From: Fonticula-like sp. SCN 57-25
Taxonomy: Eukaryota
NCBI GenBank assembly: GCA_001724245.1
Contig: MEDX01000018.1
Coordinates: 1-46,538, forward strand
DNA: 46,538 nt
Direction: 5' to 3'
A program made the position numbers and the translations under genes. The notes under the pieces were generated by a model. It was not told the origin of the DNA. It ran no database searches and worked only from the letters and a program-made list of their open reading frames with translations. Shown here one piece after another: positions 24,036 to 35,343 of the stretch. Numbering within the stretch: the stretch's first letter is position 1; every line of letters begins with the position of its first letter.

Positions 24036-25067
24036 ATGTCGTCGCCGGCGTCGCCCGAGGCCGAGCCGCTGTTTGAGACGCACGTCGCGTCGCTCTTGTC
24101 CGCTGCGACGCGCACACAGGAGAGCATTCAGTTGATATCAAAGTACTTTGCGGAGCATGCGGATCGCGCGTCGGATCTTGTGCGGATATGGAGCGACACG
24201 CTGACGCAGTGTCCGTCGACAGGGGATCTTCAGCTGTGCCTCTTTTACGTCGCGAACGATGTTATCCAGAGCCACCGCCGGAAGCATCCTCAGTTTGTGG
24301 ATTTATTTGAGAGCGCCTTTCAGTCGTCTCTTTCCGTGGTTGCTTTTTCACGGCCGCCCGCCGGCACGATAAAGTCCATCTCGCGCTTGCTCGACATCTG
24401 GCTTGATCGGCAGCTGTTCTCCCTCGGCGTCATCGCCGGCTTCCGCACGGCGCTCAACGCGGCCGAATCCGCGCCGCATTTGCCGCCGTCCGCCCTTGCG
24501 TCGACAGATGCGCTCCTAAACGTCATCTCGAGCGGCGCCGCTGGTCTGGCTGCGCGCAGCGAGGCAGACGAGGGTTCGTACGCCGCCGCTACCGCCGTTG
24601 ACAACGCGCTCCTCACGGGGGCGGTCCTCGAGAGCGTCACCGACAGGAGCCGCGCGGAGGAAGCGTACTGGCGAACGACGGCCGCGCTGCACACGCTTGG
24701 TGAGGCCGAGGCTCACCTGCGGACGGCGCTCGACCAGCGCGCCGCGCTCATCGCTGCGCTCACCGACCTCGTACACGTCCACGAGGAGCAACAGAGGCTC
24801 TTTGCCGACAGGCTTGTGAGCGTCAAGGGAAAGATTGCTGCGGCTTCCATCGTCAAGCAGGACGCTTACACTCTGTGCAGCTCGTTCCCACCAATGCCGA
24901 TCGACGTCGGCGCGTCCCCGCCCGTGGCAAGGCGCGCCTCGGCGGGATGGCGCCCCACTGCAGAACCAAGCTCAAGCCCAGGGATGATGATGACATCAGC
25001 TGAGCTCTTTGGGGAGGGCGACAGGGGCGGCAGGCCACACGAGACAAGGAGGTACCGCCCGTACTAG
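24036..25067 (+). CDS. CTD-interacting domain (CID) protein, RPRD1/Rtt103-like
   Basis: TQESIQLISKY, LFYVANDVIQ and RLLDIWLDRQLF are CID hallmarks, followed by a coiled-coil-like region. Intronless from ATG 24036. Confidence 0.8.
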   Translation: MSSPASPEAEPLFETHVASLLSAATRTQESIQLISKYFAEHADRASDLVRIWSDTLTQCPSTGDLQLCLFYVANDVIQSHRRKHPQFVDLFESAFQSSLSVVAFSRPPAGTIKSISRLLDIWLDRQLFSLGVIAGFRTALNAAESAPHLPPSALASTDALLNVISSGAAGLAARSEADEGSYAAATAVDNALLTGAVLESVTDRSRAEEAYWRTTAALHTLGEAEAHLRTALDQRAALIAALTDLVHVHEEQQRLFADRLVSVKGKIAAASIVKQDAYTLCSSFPPMPIDVGASPPVARRASAGWRPTAEPSSSPGMMMTSAELFGEGDRGGRPHETRRYRPY

Positions 25068-25213
25068 CGAGGCGCACGTCGATCATTGTATACTATCCAT
25101 TTCCCTCATTGGCACCATACCGGGCACATTAATCTATATATTTTGGCATCCAGAGTGCACCATACAATTAATACAGTTATAAAAACCGCCTCGTTGTGTG
25201 GACCCGTGCGCCA

Positions 25214-26911
25214 CTAGTTGCGAACGGTGACGGTGTGCTCGATGTGCACCTCGTTGCCGTAAAAGTCGCGCGCGTACACGGTCACCTTGTAGTCTCCGTT
25301 GGGGAAGCGGCGGGAGCCATTGGGGAGCACCTACAACGTCACATTTAGCATGCTGTTTCTCCACCAGCGCACGTCGCACCTCTGCCGTGTGCCAGGCGCC
25401 CGCGCTATCGGGCTCGCCCCTGACGGCGTTCGTGACGGTGTAGTAGAGCTTGCGGACTGTGTAGTTGAACACCGAGTCGTGGCGCCTGCCGTCGTACGTG
25501 AAAGACTGCCTGTAGACGAAGCGGAGCATGTGGTCGAGCTCGGCGACGGGCAGCTCGGGCATGACGTACGACCACTCGTTCGGCAGCTTCTCCGACTCAA
25601 TGAGCGGCAGGCGCGTCACGGTGGCGGCGCGCATCGCGGCCTCGGACGAGATCGCAAAGAGCGGCTCAACAGAGTAGCCGACCTCGTACAGGCCGTTCAC
25701 GTAGGGGTGCCCGGGGAGGTCATTGGTCGCGTCAAACTCGGAGCCAAGGTTCACCACAATGTCAATCTATCCACCCGGAATCCAACCCAAAGTCAGCGCA
25801 TGTGAAAGAGAGGCGCGGTGCGTACGTCGCCCGACACGACGACGTCGTCCTCCTCAGAGGACGCAAACGCGGCGGACGCCTCGTTCTCCATGTAGTAGAG
25901 GACGCCGTCGGTCGTCGGCATCTGCGTGCTGTTGTACGTCCCGCGGCTGCGCGTGCGCGTTAGTATGCTAAAGCGCTCCTTTCCATGCGCGTACTCAAAG
26001 AAGCTGAGCGGGTTAAAGTACTGCCAGCCGTCGATGTAGGGCTCGGGGATTTCGTCCCACTCGGGGAACGGCCGTACGACGTTCATGTGGATGTGGTGGT
26101 AGTTTGCGTCGTTGTGAATGGACGGCCAAAAGATGATGCTTCCAATGACGTCGCCCTGCGCGACCGCGTCGCCCTCGCGGAGCGAGACCGTGTCCGGGTC
26201 CATGTGGTGGAACTGCCAGACGTACCCGAGATTGTCCATGATCATAAAGCTCCAGTAAAGATCGCTTGACGAGTACTTGACCCACTTGACGACCGTGCCG
26301 TCAACCGGGCTGTGCACCTCCTGCAGCGCGTCGCCACGAATGTCCACGCCCTGGTGCCAGTACGCGCTCGAGGCGCCGCTAAAGCTCTGGTAGTTCTCCA
26401 TAATGTTGCCCGCAAGATTGGGGGAGGAGGACGGCCAGCCCTCCTCTTCGCTGTTGGCAAGCGGCCAAGGGTAAAGCGGCGTCTCAATAAGTTCCACAAG
26501 AGTGTCCACCTGCTCAATATCGCCGCCGAGCGTGGCGATCTGCGCAGACAGCATGAACGACGAGGCGCCGAGGCGGTCAACGCAGAGCGGGAGATCAAAC
26601 GAGGCGTGCTCGCCATGCAGTTGAACGCCCGTGCAGTTGACCGACGCACCCGTTGGGAACGGCGTCGCACTCACGGACAGAAACGCGGACGCATCGTACT
26701 CGTTCGTGTCATAGTACAGGCGAGCAACCGGGGGCAGGCGAGCAATCACGCCGCCGACGGAGAACCGAACAAGAGGCACCTCGCGAAGCGAATAGCGGAG
26801 GTTAAACTCGCGAATCTCGGCAAAACCGAAATTGACATCGCGCTCAATCTCGCCGCTGACAGCGCAAACGGCGCACAGAAGAAGCACGGCCGTCACCGCC
26901 GAGCGCATCAT
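25214..26911 (-). CDS. Secreted M23-family metallopeptidase with a bacterial Ig-like C-terminus, 4 exons
   Basis: Signal peptide, WHQGVDI (HxxxD), VHSPVDGTV, GDAVAQGDVIG, HIH (HxH) and YFNPL. The C-terminus reads FPNGDYKVTVYARDFYGN...VTVRN. Three GT-AG introns. Confidence 0.82.
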
Positions 26912-27180
26912 GGCGGTGCAACAACAATATAACCCCGCGCGGGAACACCCGTGACACTTTTGCTAAATCCACCAACCCCGCGGTCCAATCGCAGCAGAGC
27001 TGCCTAGGAGCGTTGCGCGACTGCATGTCCATAATTGTTATACAAACGGCTCTCTGAAAAGTGACATACAAAAGAGCGGAATACACGAGGTGCTGTATTT
27101 CGATGGACGGGGGTCTACTTGCTGGACGGCATGGCCGCGGGATTGTGCTTAGTCAATTTATGGTACATCATGTAAAGTTT

Positions 27181-27786
27181 TTACGAAAGGTTTAGAGCCG
27201 TGCTCCTGTAATGCTCCTGACTGCCATCGGCAACAATGCTGTCAGAATGCGACTTGTAGTGGGCGGTCACGTCCGGGCCGAGCATCAGATGTGTCACCAT
27301 GGCGCTGCGCATGCTGGCCGCTGCCGCCTTGTCCCTGACCCATATCGAAAACTGAATGTTGCTTGGGCGCACCGAGACAACCACCCCACACACGTTGTCC
27401 CCTCCCTCGAGCCTACCGCCAATAAACGCGAGCAGGAGCGCCTCCCAAGCTCGATCCGTGGTAATATTTGACAGCTTCTTGACCTTGACGCACAGCCGAC
27501 CGCCAGGCAGGTTGGCCGGGTCCTCCCACTGCGGCTGGATCCCCTTGCGGAACACGCTGTACTCGCTTACAGAGGGGAGGCTCGAGGGGCGCTTCAGCCA
27601 CGAATAGACGGACCAAAACTCCTCCACCGTCGAAAAGGAGCCGACATTCTGAAGTAGTTCCGAATAATGGCGCTTCGGATCATGGCGGATATGCCAAAAG
27701 TCAAAGGTGTCGCAAAGCGGATGCGAGGCCGCCAAGGAGGACGTGGGCGAGCGCGCGGCAGAGGGGGCCGACGAAAGACCTGACAT
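27181..27786 (-). CDS. eIF4E family cap-binding protein, class II (4EHP/nCBP-like)
   Basis: HPLCDTFDFW, TVEEFW, FRKGIQPQWEDPAN..GG and VCGVVVSVR. The positions equivalent to W43 and W56 appear to be F and Y, the class II pattern. Confidence 0.85.
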   Translation of the reverse strand: MSGLSSAPSAARSPTSSLAASHPLCDTFDFWHIRHDPKRHYSELLQNVGSFSTVEEFWSVYSWLKRPSSLPSVSEYSVFRKGIQPQWEDPANLPGGRLCVKVKKLSNITTDRAWEALLLAFIGGRLEGGDNVCGVVVSVRPSNIQFSIWVRDKAAAASMRSAMVTHLMLGPDVTAHYKSHSDSIVADGSQEHYRSTALNLS

Positions 27787-28201
27787 GGACCTGCCACAGC
27801 ACCAGCTTGGTGAGCGTTCTGGTGTGTCAGCACAAGGAGAGAAATGACGTACATGGACGCGGTAAGAGTTCGACGGCAGGAAAGGAGCGACGGTGTTGAA
27901 GGGCCGCAAAACAAATTAAGCAACCAAAACTCTATATAAAACAAAGAGCTCTACACGCTCTTTTCTAGTCACACTGCTGCCCTGCTGGTGCCTCACCCTC
28001 GAGGATGCAAACACCTGCAAAGACTGCCTAGTATCGGGGGTATACACCTCCAGAAATTTCGGGGTAACACACAGAACACCCCCTCATCGCGATCGCCGAT
28101 TGATGACCATCACCGATTCGCCGATGACCATCAAGAGGTCATGGGATCGCGTGCGGTCACGCGTGTTTTTCCCATACACACCCGACCCCCGTCGCCCCGC
28201 C

Positions 28202-29286
28202 ATGCGTACGACGTTTGTGGCCGCGTGCCTTTTGGCGCTGGTGGCTTTCGCCGCCGCGCATACCTACGCTGACTCGGACGAGCTCTGCCTCACCCCCGAT
28301 GTTGATGAGCACGATGACGAGATGGTCCAGGCGATCATTGAGCGCTTCAAGGCCAACGTCTGCCCCAAGATCCCCGAGGGTCTTCTGCCCGCCTGCGGCG
28401 GCGCCGTTCGCAGCAGCGTCGCTCCGTTCACCATCCCCCTCGCGTGGAACATTCTCTACGACCCTGAGACCGGCCTCGGCAGCAACATCACCGACGAGTA
28501 CGTTGCGGTTGCCCGATTGCGCTGGTTGTCTCACGCTCTTTCCGTGTTTGCAGGCAGATTGCCCTCCAGGTTGACATCATGAACGAGGACTATGCCGGCC
28601 GCGGTGGTCTTGGCTACAACACCAACTGGCGCTTCTACACCAAGAGCATCACCCGCGTTGCCAACGCCAACTACTTTGGCAACATGATTGTTGCTGAGCA
28701 GTTCTTCAAGGCTGAGCTCGCGTCCAACACTGACACGACCCTCCACATGTACACCGGCGACATGAACGGCGGCGTCCTCGGCATGTGCTACTTCTCGTTC
28801 ATGTACTTCCCGAACGACACGATGCACGGCTGCCTGATCAACTACCAGGCCATGGTCAACGGCGGTGCTTCCCCCTACGACAGCGGCCAGACCGCCACCC
28901 ACGAGGTCGGCCACCACCTCGGCCTCTACCACGTGTGGCAGAACAAGTGCGGCCCGCGCTCGGACCGCGTGGACGACACCCCGCCGCAGATCACCAACAG
29001 CCGTGGCTGCCCCGACCCGATCCCGGAGTCGTGCACCCCCGGTCTCTTTGACAACATCCACAACCACATGGACTACTCGGATGATGACTGCCGCTACCAG
29101 TTCACTGAGGGACAGTCCCTCCGCACCGACGACATCATCTCCACCTTCCACCCCGGCTACCTTTCGGAGAACGTCCGCAAGGCCATCCGCGAGGCTGTCC
29201 CCAACGCCTGGGAGGAGGCCGAGTCGTTCCAGCTCAAGTTTGGCCGCAAGATGGGTTTCCCCAACCCTTTCCTTGGCCACCACTAG
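28202..29286 (+). CDS. Secreted M43B (pappalysin/ulilysin-like) metalloprotease, 2 exons
   Basis: Signal peptide, a propeptide cysteine (LCLTP), intron 28498-28553, GQTATHEVGHHLGLYH zinc motif, DRVDDTP and the Met-turn NHMDYSDD. Strongly C-ending codons suggest high expression. Confidence 0.88.
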
Positions 29287-29505
29287 GCAGCTAGACTAGC
29301 AGCAACAGCAGCGTTTGTTCTGTTCATTATATAAACTTTGCTCTTTGCATCTTTCGTACCTGCCCATACTCGCCCATGCCAGCACAGCCACCTTTCGTAT
29401 ACTTTTGGTCCATTTTACAAAGAGATTTGAAGAGAAACAAAACACGAAACAAAAGAGCAACACACAAACAAAAAAGGCACCGGCCGACCAAACAAGAAGC
29501 GCCCT

Positions 29506-31862
29506 CTAAACAGGGATGGCCTTCAAGAGGACAAACTGGACCGAGAATGGCGAGAGGCGAACGGCGTCCACGAGCATCAGCATGTCGGGCTTGGCGTCGA
29601 GCGCCTGGTGGAAGGAGCGTCCGAACGCTTCGGGCGTCGCCTCTGCGGGCGCGCACAGCGGGAACACCTGGCGAAGTCCGGTCAGGAACGGCTACAAAGA
29701 GGAAAGTGGTGAGCCATCATATCAAATCTGAATCCATTTGCATACGTCTTCTTCGGCGTAAAAGATGCACGGCAGGACGGCAGCGATCGCGCGGCTTCCC
29801 TCGAGGTCCACAATGTTCACCGTGGACGGCTTGAGCTTTGCGTCGTAGTGGATTCCCTTTGTGGCCGGCTGCGCCTCTGGCTCCTTGCTGTTCTCGATAA
29901 AAGTCTCTTTCATGGGCATCTGCCTGGCTTGCTCGCCCACAAAGGCGTCGCCGAGCGCGATGCTGGCGATCCTTCCCTGGGCAACAAATGTCCTCCTCTC
30001 CATGAACTGGAGCCCCTTTGCCTCCTCGAGCATGACAGCGAACGCGATGACCTGCCCCTCGACGAAGCGGCGCATCATGTCAATGTCGGTGTAGGGCGGC
30101 GTGAGGCCGACGAACACGTCGCGCACGTAGAGGCTCTTGATGAGCTCCGTCTCCTTGGGCACGTGGGCAACCTGCTGGCCGTGGATCGACGCGCTGAACT
30201 CGCCCTTGCGATCGTTGAACACGTTCATCGTTGTCGAGTACGTCGTCACGCAAAACTGCTGCCGCGGCGTGCGCGAGTCCACCGTCATCGAGTAGAGCTT
30301 GACGTTGTGGAGGCGCACAACAGAGCCGGGCCGGATCGAGAAAAAGTCCCACGGCTGGGAGCATGTGTACAGCTTGACAAGCACGGGCGACTGCGCAGAC
30401 TTGTCAATCAGCGCAAGCCACATGTACTGCGAGAACCTATAGCCGCATACCAGTGAGCACAAAACCAAAAGAGGTAAGATGACGCACGTTCCCTTTGACG
30501 AGCGTTCACGCTCAACGCGGCTCGTGAGCAGCACGCGGCCGATCAGGTCAAAGATGGTACCGTCGGGCAGCAGCGACATCGTGGACGCCGACTCGTATAT
30601 CCGCTCACGCTCTGGGTACCGCAACCGCCACTGCGAAACGTCCGACATGTTCTCCTCCTTGAGAAGCCGCACGTGGCCCTCTGGCTTCACCGAGTTGACC
30701 GAAATCTCGACGCCGCCGCCAGTCGAGTTGAACTGCTTGCGCAGCTTGTAGTTTTCAATGACAACGAGCTGGTTCACCGAGACAGCCGTGAACAGGCGCG
30801 ACGCCATGCGGTTCCATGCCACCACAGGGACGCTCGTGTCGGAGTCGCCTAAGTAGCGCGTCAGCAAATGAGGTTAAAAAGCCCCCAAAAAAGTTTCCCG
30901 CCGTACCAATCTCAAATGTAAAGCGGTACGGAAAGCCGTCCTTGGTGTCCATTGCCTTGCCAAAGTGACTGAGCGTGTGCCGTGACATGACACGCCCAAC
31001 CAGCGCCGGCGGCGGCTTGGGGTGGTTCGCCGCCGAGGCAATCGCGTCGGACACGCTCTCCAGGCGGGAGGGGAGCCGCAGGTCGTCCGGTACCTTGAGC
31101 GCGTCCTTGTTCGCGCGCCACTGAGGGTCGTCCATCAGCGGGTCATCGTCATTCCACATAGGAAGGTAATACAGGCGCGTTCCCGCCAAGGGCTGGAACC
31201 ACAGCGTCGTCGCAAGCTCGGACGTCGCAGCCAATTTCTGAAAACATTCAGTATCAAAAGAACAAAGAAAAAGGATGAGCATACCGACTTGTCCACAGAT
31301 ACCATGTCCTCGCAGAGGTTGAACTTGCGGATCACCATAAGACGACGCGCGGGAACCCGGGAATCGTCGTAGCACCACTCCACCATCGAGCGGTCGAGCT
31401 CAATGACATAGTCAACGAGGCCGCCGCGACGAAGAACGTCATTGTGGCGCGCGTCAAGTGAAGCTTTGGCCTTGTGGGTGCCGTCTGTCAGCACGAGATC
31501 ATAGACGTCGGGATCCGCATCGGAGGGAGACTCGGGCTCGGGCTGCTTTGTCGTTTGGCGCCAATGCTGATCAACGCGATCTAGCACAAATAACATATGG
31601 TTTAATAAAACAACAACAGCAGGGAAAAGGCAAGACGCACAGCGTAGCGCGTCGATTACCAGGAGGCGGACAATAGGATTGGTGCGGTCTAAAGGGGTTG
31701 ACGACCCTTCCAATACTGGTGCCAGGCGCTCCTCCAGATGCAGTATGGCGCCTCTACAAATCGTGAAAGAAAATGGTCAATACACGCGCTTTAAAACCAC
31801 GTTGAAAACCCATACTCTGTCAAGGATAGCGGGGGAGGCACCCCGGCTGCTGCTGTCGCCAT
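29506..31862 (-). CDS. RADX: RADX (CXorf57)-like multi-OB-fold ssDNA-binding protein, 7 exons
   Basis: The spliced product has LTEGAI, YDLVLTDG, PLAGTRLYYLPMWNDDDP, PALVGRV..FGK...PYRFTFEIGDS...VVAWN, VEISVN, FDLIGRV...RVER and YMWLALID...LVKLYTCSQP. These are colinear with my recollection of animal RADX. Six GT-AG introns, e.g. 31754-31815 and 31581-31640. Confidence 0.75.
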
Positions 31863-31920
31863 GGCGTGATGACCTGTCTCGCAACCGTCCTGTCAAAGCT
31901 GTAATTTGACGCAGTTGAAA

Positions 31921-31990
31921 CGGACCAAAATCGACCAAGACGGACCGAAACGGACCGAGATCGACCAAGACGGACCGAGACGGACCAACT
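31921..31990 (+). repeat. Seven tandem 10-bp units (CGGACCRARA / TCGACCAAGA)
   Basis: The sequence reads cggaccaaaa tcgaccaaga cggaccgaaa cggaccgaga tcgaccaaga cggaccgaga cggaccaact, just upstream of the RADX-like start. Confidence 0.9.
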
Positions 31991-32981
31991 TGGGCCGATG
32001 GGGATGTTCCAAGGGGTGTGGGCTCGCGTATTGCCATAATTTCCATACGGCACCGTGTCATATCTGCTGCGTTTGGAATGTATTATGCGTTTGTGGTATC
32101 ATGAAAGGAAAAATACTTCATTCACCCTTATAATGGCTCGCTTTGGACGTTGATAGGCTCACCAATGCCGGCCGTCCATCATATCACATTGCTCTGTCCA
32201 TATTTTGACCGGTATGCTTCACGGAATAACCAAGCTTGCTTTCCCAAACATTCGCTTGCCGCGGTATACTCGTCCTGCAGCAAGCGAACAGGAGGTGTAT
32301 GGTTCACACTCACAGCGCATCCGAATCCGAACGATGCTTCGTCGGCTAGGCCCAAATCAACCCCGGGAACTGTTTGGCAATACCCATCGCAGCCACATGA
32401 CAAATAGCACAGAGCAACGTGCAACTTGCTCCATGCGCTGCCACCGGAACCTGACCGGAACATCTTCTTTACGTCAAGCAGCCAACCACTTATGGGGCTT
32501 TTGCACCTCGGAAGCTTGGCGCGACGTCGCTACTGGCGCGTGAAACCAGCGCAATATTAAGGGGCTAAAAATTCCTGCCCTTGCTGCGCGCGCCGATATG
32601 TCGGCAAAATACATGAACAGTCTTTTGAAGAAAAATTTTGAGGAAAGTCGATCGCGTGCGGTTGCTGTGTTCTCCGGTTGTCCTAGCAATCGTTGTCGAA
32701 GCCACGCTGATCTGCCTTGCTAATTTGAGCCGATGATCCCCTCACTTGAATCAATAATCTCTCCTATTGGTGGGTATTCTGAGATGTCGGAGCTAAAAGT
32801 CCGAAACCGGAAATCAATCGGATAAAATAGGAAATTGTTGGTGCCGGGGGCTGAGTCTGGGGTACTCGTGTCTGCGCAGTAGAAGGTCGAAAGCAAGAAG
32901 CGTTGCTCGTCGATTCTGCAGCACGCCCTTCGACCGAGACCACGCGGGCTTGGTTGCGCACCGGGGGCATATTCTCGGAGG

Positions 32982-33908
32982 ATGGTCGAGTCGCAGGAAT
33001 CGACGGAAAGGCCGCCAGAAGCGGCGAGCCAACCTGCGGCGAATCAGCCTGCGTACAAGGCGAGCCGCGAGCGTCGTCGCGAAGTCATTCGCATCTTTCG
33101 TGAGCTGCTTGGCTCTGACGTTTTCGAGTTAATTTTTCAAGTTCCGACGCATTCCCGCGACGCGCTGGCCGCGAGCATTCGAACGTGCGCTCTACTTTCC
33201 GTTTGATGTGCGCTTCGCTCACCATCGTGATTCAGTGCTGTGCGTTCGTCACCTGTTCTAGGGCCGTACTTTGATGCCGTACCGAACAGTCTCGTGGCGG
33301 CAATCGACGGCGACGGCGACGAGGAGGGAAATGGGCGGAGCAACACCGCGCGCACCTCTTCCACTTTTCTGTTTCTGCGACGCGCGTTCGATCCGCGGTG
33401 GCCCAAGGCGGCTCACATGTGGCGCCCAATGGACGTCTACGAGCACCACGGCGCCCTCCTGCAGCGCATCATGCGAGAGTACGAGTGTTTATTTTTTGTA
33501 TTGCGTCATCTGACGGACCGCGCCGGTAGATCGAGCCAGCCGCTGTTGCGCGGCTCAACGGTAATAGATAGAGCCCCAATGGACGGGGCCTCCAGGTGTA
33601 CGTTTCCCCCACAGCTCTCAATTCTTGTCTTGCTCACCAAAGGTACAGTATCAAGGAAGCGCACGCACGGCGACATGGCCGACGTCAAGGAAGACCATTC
33701 GCATCCGCCCTTTGTGGGAAATTTTTCCGACTTTCCGCCCTCTGCGCCGTTCCCCCTCGACCAGCAGCGCGTGATGCAGCCGATGATGGCCGCGTGGCCG
33801 CAAACCATGATGTCCGCCGCGGCTGCGCAGCAGCAGCAGCAGCAGCAGCTTTTACTTCAACACCAACAGCTAGCTCGGTTCTTTGCTGCCCAGCAGCAGC
33901 AGCAGCTT

Positions 33909-33939
<31 letters not shown>

Positions 33940-34635
33940 GGCAGCAGCACGTTCGGCTGCAGCAGCACTATTATCAGCAGGCGCCCCAACACCAGCAGCA
34001 ACATATTTCTGATCAACAACAGCAGCATGGCTCTTCCCAAGCGGGTCTTCCTCAGAGCAGTTCGATAGAGGGCCGCTCCTCGCTGCCTCGCCGCACATCC
34101 TCACCGCCGGCCATGTCGAGTGCGCCGCCGCCGCAGTGGGCTGGCCAGTTCCCCTCGCTTCCCTCGTCGACCCCAATGATGCCGCTGCCGTCCTTTTCCT
34201 CGTCTCTGATTTCTGCCGCGCCTTCGTCGTCGTCGTCGTCGCCGGCCCCGATGGTTACCGCCGTCAGCTCGTCAGGCGCCGCTCCTCCTACCGCCGCCTC
34301 GCCGTCGCTTGTGTCGTACCTGCGGGAGCCGCAGGTGGCTCGCGGCGACCACGCACAGGACGCGTTCAAGGCGCCGCTCGCGGGCGCAGCGGCGCACTTG
34401 CATCAGCAAAACCTCCTTCAGGCGATCCAGGCGATGCACCCGCAGGACTATTACCACCAGATTCAACAGCAGCGCATGTACGCGCTCGCACTGCAGCAGC
34501 AGGCGGCCGCTGCGGCCGTATATACCGACGCGCAGGGCAAGCAGCAGCAGCAGCAGGTGCAGGTTCTCCAGGTGCCCATGCAGGGCGGCGCGTTCAAGCA
34601 GGGGGGCATCGAGCTGCAGGGGCAGGTGAAGCACG

Positions 34636-34667
<32 letters not shown>

Positions 34668-34685
34668 ATTCTGAACAATCTATAG
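32982..34685 (+). CDS. Polyglutamine-rich protein with a small unrecognised N-terminal domain
   Basis: ATG 32982; an intron after SIRT (GTGCGC...TTCAG) joins to the 33240-34685 frame. Two further probable in-frame introns lie near 33479 and 33598. Several CAG/CAA tracts. Confidence 0.65.
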
Positions 34686-34733
34686 CACAAGGTGGCGTTT
34701 GGCTGGCGGAAATGTTCAGCGCGCGCCTTGGGG

Positions 34734-34753
34734 CCCTTTTCGCGCGAAAAGGG
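34734..34753. repeat. Perfect 20-bp palindrome CCCTTTTCGCGCGAAAAGGG
   Basis: Read directly from the sequence, ~50 nt after the stop of the Q-rich gene. Confidence 0.85.
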
Positions 34754-35343
34754 TTGTTTTAGTCTGTTGATCGGCGGGACACATTTTGTTTGTGTGCCAC
34801 AGTGATCAGTTTTGATTATTATAGAAGGTTTTCGACTTTTTTCTTGCTACTTTTTGCTTGCCAATTTTTTTCAGCCGTCTTGCATTTTTTTGATAGTATT
34901 ACATTGCCTCCTCTTTCGTAGATGCGTTTGTTTAGGGTTTGTTTTGCCTTGTTTGAAGAGACACATATCCTCGATGATTTTGATATTACCTATATCTCAT
35001 TTATTTGATATCATATCCTCAATACTCTTGCTGCTGCGCCAGCTGCAGTATCGATCTCTACTATATCATTCTATATCATACCATGAGTGTATATGCATTG
35101 AAGCATTCCTTGTGCTGCCGAGACTCAATCGGCCTTATTCGATTCCTTGAGGTGGTACCCCACGCTTGGTATATCAATACATATCCATATCTCTGATGTC
35201 GCCCTATCCCGCCGACGCACAGCATCGCTTTTCAGTTTATAGTCGAGCGCATATAATTCACACGGCATTCGTCTCTATTCCACTCTATTAAACTGACACT
35301 CTTTACTGATACAAAATTGACATATTAATCACTTTAATTTTCC

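Noticed and set aside
31921-31990. Mini-CRISPR or telomeric seed
   Set aside because: The units are contiguous degenerate 10-mers with no spacers and no telomere-like G-rich unit.
32179-32463. 94-aa minus-strand ORF between the RADX-like and Q-rich genes
   Set aside because: No recognisable motif, no host-like codon bias and no convincing splice sites.
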